From: Lytechinus pictus
Taxonomy: Eukaryota
Reading direction: 5' to 3'
Assembly (NCBI RefSeq): GCF_037042905.1
Contig: NC_087262.1
Span: 15,562,001-15,626,000, forward strand
DNA length: 64,000 nt
Under the pieces are notes generated by a model, which saw only the letters and a list, made by a program, of their open reading frames with translations, had not been told where the DNA came from and did not search any database. Position 1 is the first letter of the stretch, and every line of letters starts with the position of its first letter. A program made the position numbers and the translations under genes. Below, in pieces: positions 58,060-64,000 of the stretch.

Positions 58060-58204
58060 GGGTCCGTTGCAGAAAGAGTTGCGTTTAAACGCAAGTCAAA
58101 AAATCAATCGCAAGTCCCAAATGCGCGCTGTTGATTGGTTGAAAATCAAGTTGCGGATGATTTTTAGAGTTGCGATTGATTGCAACTCTTTCTGCAACGG
58201 ACCC
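58060..58204. mobile_element. PIF/Harbinger-type MITE
   Basis: Perfect 23-bp TIR GGGTCCGTTGCAGAAAGAGTTGC / GCAACTCTTTCTGCAACGGACCC; 3-bp TSD CAG. Confidence 0.88.
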
Positions 58205-58999
58205 CAGACCACTTTCCTTTCCTTTGATTGACTGTGAAGCACATCGCAGACGTCTGAATATCTGTGGTAATTGTATAACATCCAACAAATCCTTTCGCAT
58301 GCACAAACATTGATCATTGGTAACGACCGGTCTGTATTGGCAAAATACGTTTCCTGCTTTCTGAAAATGTATAATAAATTTTTTTACATAATTACATCGA
58401 AATCAGAAAATTTCTTGATGATCATAAGTCTGTTAAAATTCATACTGTGATAATAAGCACAACTGGAATTATCCTTAACAATCATTTCGGGTTATTGAAA
58501 ATCGAACATTCGTTGTCATTACCGAGATCTAGGGAGCATTTCATGAAACTATTTGTTATAAGCTACGGAAATCCTTGCATCTGATTGGCTCGTAGCAAAT
58601 TCTTCAGTTAAAATCACTGACAACAAGCTTCATGAAACAGCCCCCCTGATCTGAGCTGCGTTACGACCTTTCATTAACTATGTGGTTAAACAAAACTTTT
58701 AGAGCTGAGAGGCTGTGCTTTCACAGCTAATTTGGCGTGACATGTTGTACATGTTGTAGGAAAAGCCTGGTGTATAATTTAAATCGAACACCTAAATGTA
58801 TTATATCTGCTTCACATAGCATATATATTTGAAATAATATTGCAGGGGATTTTTCATGATCGTAGTCCATGCAATTAAAGCAGAAGGCGCATTATTGTAT
58901 ACGGGGCAAGAATACGTATATAGAGTTCGACAATATATAGGTAAGTGATAGCGCGAAGCGAAAGAGCTAATCTCAAAGGCGTTTCGTTTTTGTATTTAA

Positions 59000-59460
59000 G
59001 GGGATGCTCCGGGCTGAAAATATTTATATCTTAATAAATAAAGTAAAATTCACAGAGCAAAATGCCGAAAATTTCATCAAAATCGGATAACAAATAACAA
59101 AGTTATTGAATTTTAAAGTTTAGCCATATTTCGTTAAAACAGTTATTTGCACGTCGTCGTCAGCAATGATTATCTAATGCACTAAATCAGTTGTCAATCC
59201 AATCGTTTTAGTTCTTGGAGGAAAAAAATTGAATAAACCTAATTTCAAATAATAAAATACAAAAGAACAAGTTGGGATATGAACTCATCAATTTGTTCAT
59301 TGAATATTCATGAAGACATGCCTAGATCTGTTTCACCGGAAAATGCAAACCTTTAAAGTGTCATAACTTCGTTATTCCTTGTCCGATTTTGATCAATTTT
59401 TCAGTGTTTTGTTTGTCTGATTTTTCTTTAATCATATTTACTTCAACCTGGAGTACCCCT
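59000..59460. mobile_element. Kolobok-like non-autonomous element (TTAA TSD)
   Basis: TTAA|GGGGATGCTCCGGGCTGAA...TTCAACCTGGAGTACCCCT|TTAA; subterminal TCAAAATCGGA inverted motifs. Confidence 0.75.
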
Positions 59461-60298
59461 TTAAAGGCTGAAAAGGTAGGATTTGGTGCTCAGTTTATGT
59501 GTATTTTCTTGAACATCAAAATTGGTTTTTAAAGATTTCGGGATAGGGGATATACGATAAAAATGATGGTATAAGGGCGAGATAGGCATACATACTCAAA
59601 ATGTTACACAGTAACGGAATATCATCACTCCCGTGGAACTGTCCTATCTCATGATAAAGGTGAGGAAAATTAATGTAATGGACATTAAATCGCCAACGCC
59701 ACGCTGTTACGTATTTACATCTCGTAATACTGTACCAATAGTATAAATGAAAATATTGGCGATAATTAGTCCACCCGTCAAAATAGTCGAGATCATTATT
59801 TTTCATTACTTTATCACAGTGGATGTATAAATCAATAGAATCATGGAGTTTCACGGACATAAATCGATACCGTATGCCACCAATTTTCAACGCAAACATC
59901 AAATTAAAAGTGCACATGAAACAGACTGATTTCGCTTGGGTGTTGTTGTAATGTTGTTAGATGCTAATGATTATGATAATCAGGAGTTCGGGCTAAAGTT
60001 GCACGTATAATAAAACGACAATGACTTTATGGAGCCTCATGTGGTCACGTCTTGCTCTTCAAATTGGCAACACTGGGATTTATTTGGCCAATAATTTTGG
60101 TAGAGATCACTGCAACTAGCCACTTTTCGTCTCCTTATTATGTTTGTTGTTCGATTGCTGGCGACGAATCTGGGATAAGTTTCTTTCTTGGGAGTTTAAA
60201 AACACCCAACTTTATTGATTCTATACCAGCTGTTTGGATTTTTTGTGAATACTAATCGGATCATCGTTCGATGATATCGATATCCCATTTGCCCCAAT

Positions 60299-60420
60299 GG
60301 TGCAGTGGCCGAGAGGTCTACAAGGCGCCCGACTAAACCGTGAAAAGCCGGGGCCTTCGATTCCCCGGCACGGCCCTTGACCAAGGCATTCTTATCTTCA
60401 TTGACCTTTTATCTTGCATC
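60299..60420 (+). mobile_element. Decayed tRNA-derived SINE head
   Basis: GTGGCCGAGAGGTCTACAAGGCGCC...TTCGATTCCCCGGCACGG..CCCTTGACCAAGGCATT; resembles the 49.8-kb element. Confidence 0.55.
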
Positions 60421-61384
60421 AAACGAATGAAAATGCTTTATGCATTGTTGATACAACGTGTGTATGTGTTGTTTTATGAAAGAAATATCAAGGCTCAACT
60501 AAAGTTTTAGTAAACCAGCATTGTAAATACTGGGTGTAAAAACTGACACCACTTGGTGTCACTTGAGGTGTTACATTTACACCCTACAGATTGAACATCA
60601 GAGATTGTAAAGCAATATAAACAAAGGTGTTGGGTAACACACACATGATTTGAGCTTACACCAAAAATAACACCGTAGTAAATTGAGTGGTGTGTTAAGA
60701 GCAATCAACACCACACTGTTTGATGTGTGAGGTTCAATAGTGTGAATTGCTTTGAACTAAATTCATATTAAACATCCCTAACTTGTGGTCCAGTCACACC
60801 ATTAAAGAAACCGACCGACGGTACGTCGTTGGCAACACTGACGGACCAGGGGGAGGGGCACAGCGCCCCTTTTCAAAGGCATAATTACAATTTGTAATGT
60901 AAACATATCGTTCAAACAAAAATGTGTCCCCCTTCGAAATTGAAGCCCTTTTTTTCTTTTTTTTTTTTGCTTTCCACTTTTTTACTTGGACGAAATGTCC
61001 GTAATTTTGGGTTGAAAAACTTTATTTTTGTATGTCATTTTTTTTTGTGGACGTATTTTCCTGATTTACGGTTGAAAACCTTTTTTTTTTTTGGGGGGGG
61101 GGGGCATTTCAAATTTTTCCTCAGGAAAATATGCCCCCCTCCTGGATCCACCCCTGATTGGTAATAACGTAGTTGATTTGATCGGTCTGGACTTTTGTTG
61201 GTGTGACTGTGAAAGTAAACATTTTTTTAAATTGCCCATTCTATATGATTTTTCTTTCTTCCCCAGCTCTCGGTGTATAATGTTATATTTATTTTCTTTG
61301 CTCCAAAACAGACGGTTCGAACACCAATCTGGTGGTTGCAAATCAAAAAGTTGTTATGAAGATTATCGTGGAAACATAACTATA

Positions 61385-61703
61385 TCTCAGTCATATTTCC
61401 CCTACGCTCGCCGTGCGGCGAGTCGAAAACAGCCGTTTTATACCTTGGTCACATTTGTTCTACGGCGTCCGTACGGCGAGTCGAAAACAGCCGTTTTAAC
61501 ATTTTGTGTACCAACTACATATAGGTGGTTTGAATTAAAATTAATAAAACGGCTATTTTCGACTCGCCATACGGCCGCCGTAGATCAAATGTGACCAAGG
61601 TATTAATATTTTTAGTACCAGCTCCATACTTATTGTTGGTTTGAATAAAATGAGATAAATCGGCTGTTTCCGTAAGGTGGCCGTAGGGGAAATGTGACTG
61701 CGC
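61385..61703. mobile_element. Harbinger-like MITE with a related MITE (61441-61602, TTA TSD) nested inside
   Basis: Outer CAGTCATATTTCCCCTACG / CGTAGGGGAAATGTGACTG; inner TTA|TACCTTGGTCACATTTG...CAAATGTGACCAAGGTA|TTA. Confidence 0.8.
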
Positions 61704-62432
61704 CACCACGCCTCATGCATAGGGGCCTGGCAATGGGAGATGATATAGGTGGTGAGCATTGTCAGAGCACCCTTTGGTAGTCCTCCATGGCCCGGTCCGT
61801 CTCCCATACCCAGAAGAAATAGGATTAAAACAGTCATTGAACAAATATTGGGTATCTCACCTTTTAGTGAGACATGTGAATTGTTATTTTACCACTAATG
61901 TATAGATCGTATCTTCTTACACACTCCTCTACTTTATCTAAGCCCCCATCACACTTATTCCGAATCAAGCAGAATTGGCCTGAATGAAAGGACTATTGTT
62001 TGACCACCAGTTGGTCATTTAAATCTACTTCGAACACCATTCGAAAATACCCCTCGAATGTTTTGAACATGACCAAAACCTTCGGGACAGCCAAAAGAAA
62101 TGACAAAAATATTTCGAATGCACTCAGAATATTTAGAATGCGCCTAGAATGTCCAAGAATGTACCACGAATTATCAATCTGACTCCATTGCGGTTCATTT
62201 TGACTAGTGTATGATGATTCACCTGGTCAATTTACTGAATTTCAACTCCAGTTTGGTGAATTCATAAGTTCCTCCCAAAAATTCTTGGATTTTTAAAATA
62301 TTTTTTTCGTCCAACTTCTGCTTGATTCCTGCTGATTCCGAATAAGTGTGATGGAAAAGCTTAACAATAAAGACGAATCATACGATTAATTATCTTTTTA
62401 CAAAAAAAAAAGCTTTACGCAAGTATCCTTAA

Positions 62433-63023
62433 AGGGGAATATAGCCTTGGCTATAAAATGTTGTGTTTGGAAGGAGAAAAATAAATCAAACAGAATGGCG
62501 AAAGTTTGAAAGAAATCGGACAAGCAATAAGAAAGTTATAGCTGCTTTAAAATTGAGATCACTAATAGTATGTAGATTTCAAATTGGCAACTGGGTAAGT
62601 AAATTATGACAAGGGGCAAGGGTAACTTTCCCATAGGCCATGTACTTTATTATCAGGGATTTGTGGTTTTCTCCTAAGTACCCATTCCCCTGGGGTAGTA
62701 ATCTAATTATAATCCAGGTAGTATATTGTTTTATGTCCTCATGAAAGAAAAATATAAATTGAAATAAAACTTTTGGGAAAAATGACATTTTAGCCATAAT
62801 ATATATTGGAGTACATGGAAGAGTAGTCCTTGCCTTACATCACTATGACATCCCATATGCGGCCAATTTGAAGTCTCCATGGGTATAGTGATTACCAATA
62901 TTTACAACTTTTAAAAATTCATAGCTTTCTTGTTGTTTGTCCAATATTGTTCAAACTTTCACCTATCAACTTGTCTGATTTTTCTTTTTCTTATAAAAAC
63001 AAGTTTTTATTTGGGTTGGATCC
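62433..63023. mobile_element. Kolobok-like element, right end eroded
   Basis: TTAA|AGGGGAATATAGCC..; internal inverted motifs (AAAGTTTGAAAGAAATCGGACAAGCAATAAGAAAGTTAT vs ATAGCTTTCTTGTTGTTTGTCCAATATTGTTCAAACTTT); right end TTTATTTGGGTTGGATCC lacks the final CCCCTTTAA. Confidence 0.6.
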
Positions 63024-64000
63024 AAAAAGTGTGAGAGAGGTAACCGCTGTTGTTTTTTTAATACTTCAGAACCCTTCTTTTCAAAACGATGTGCGATAAA
63101 CGAAAATTTGAATGAACACAAGACGCAGGGACATGTCATTTTTGTAAAAGTGTACCAAGAAAGCCTATAGTACCAGTATTTTTATTCGTGTTTATATTTT
63201 AAATTTCTTGAGTCGATATCAATGTCATTATGTGGTTTGGGGGAAAATTACGATAAATCAAAACAAAATTGAAAGATAGCTCATCTTTTTTCTGGTTCGG
63301 TAATCGTGAAGTATGGTTTTTATAATAATTGAAAAGAAAATGATGATAACAAGTCTTTTAACGGTTGTGGTTAGAAGATTCAACTTTACAAGATTAGAAA
63401 AATACACTTGTGCCAGCAGATTTTTATCCATTTTTGTTCCTCAAAATTATTTTGTGATCATCTGCATACACGTTATGAACATTATAATTGTGTATTCACA
63501 CTATTCACATCGGCAGAATTTACTTGCTTTCGAATAAATTATTCCTCTTTCGATTTTTTTTAAAAAGAGATAAAAAACCAGTGAAGTAAGGACATTCTAA
63601 AGCCTGTATTCTGTAACTCAACGGTTACATCGCTAACATACAACCATGAATATACATTATATATAATACTTTTCTTGTAATCTTAAGGCAAAGGATAATA
63701 AGAGAAATCAGTAATAGCTGAGCGCCATCTCTGTCAGAATTTGACGAGTGTCGCCTCCAAACATTGAATACACGAACCAGGCACACGTGGCATGCTTGGG
63801 GTGAAATGAGCTGGAATCCAGTTGAAATGAATATTCATTGGATATTTCTTTGCATTTACAATGCATTTTAAATACTTTGATTGAATTCTTACAGCATTCC
63901 AAATAAATGCTTTGGTAAATTTGTGAACCCGGTTTCAGCATTTTCAGCGGTTTTCAGCGGTTTCAACATTTTACCGACCATGCCGACTGAGTCGACTTCG

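Overview
AT-rich, repeat-rich eukaryotic DNA with four N-gaps. It is almost certainly an echinoid (sea urchin): the histone 3' ends carry the CAAGAAAGA downstream element, H4 has Cys73 and H3 has KTELRF. I assembled three spliced genes by hand from GT-AG sites and reading-frame phase. (1) The 3' part of a two-domain cyclic-nucleotide-binding (CNBD2-like) gene, + strand, 205-6107. (2) A 260-aa secreted C-type-lectin + PAN/Apple protein, - strand, 14256-9517. (3) A 501-aa SLC46/PCFT-family MFS transporter, - strand, 38919-20401. The main structural surprise is that the transporter's last intron (20504-33198, about 12.7 kb) appears to contain a complete, divergently transcribed, replication-dependent H4/H3 histone pair. 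It also contains a nearly intact 5'-truncated L1/Tx1-type retrotransposon. H4 (with its stem-loop and U7 site) and the LINE poly(A) signal both lie in the host-gene sense, and the unspliced donor reads TGG-TAA. The rest of the window is dense with MITEs (hAT 8-bp TSD, Tc1 TA, Harbinger 3-bp, Kolobok TTAA, CACTA-like), tRNA-derived SINEs, a Helentron/HINE-like element with a 163-bp internal array, and microsatellites. I found no convincing coding exons from about 39 to 64 kb. All gene models are manual and lack transcript support.
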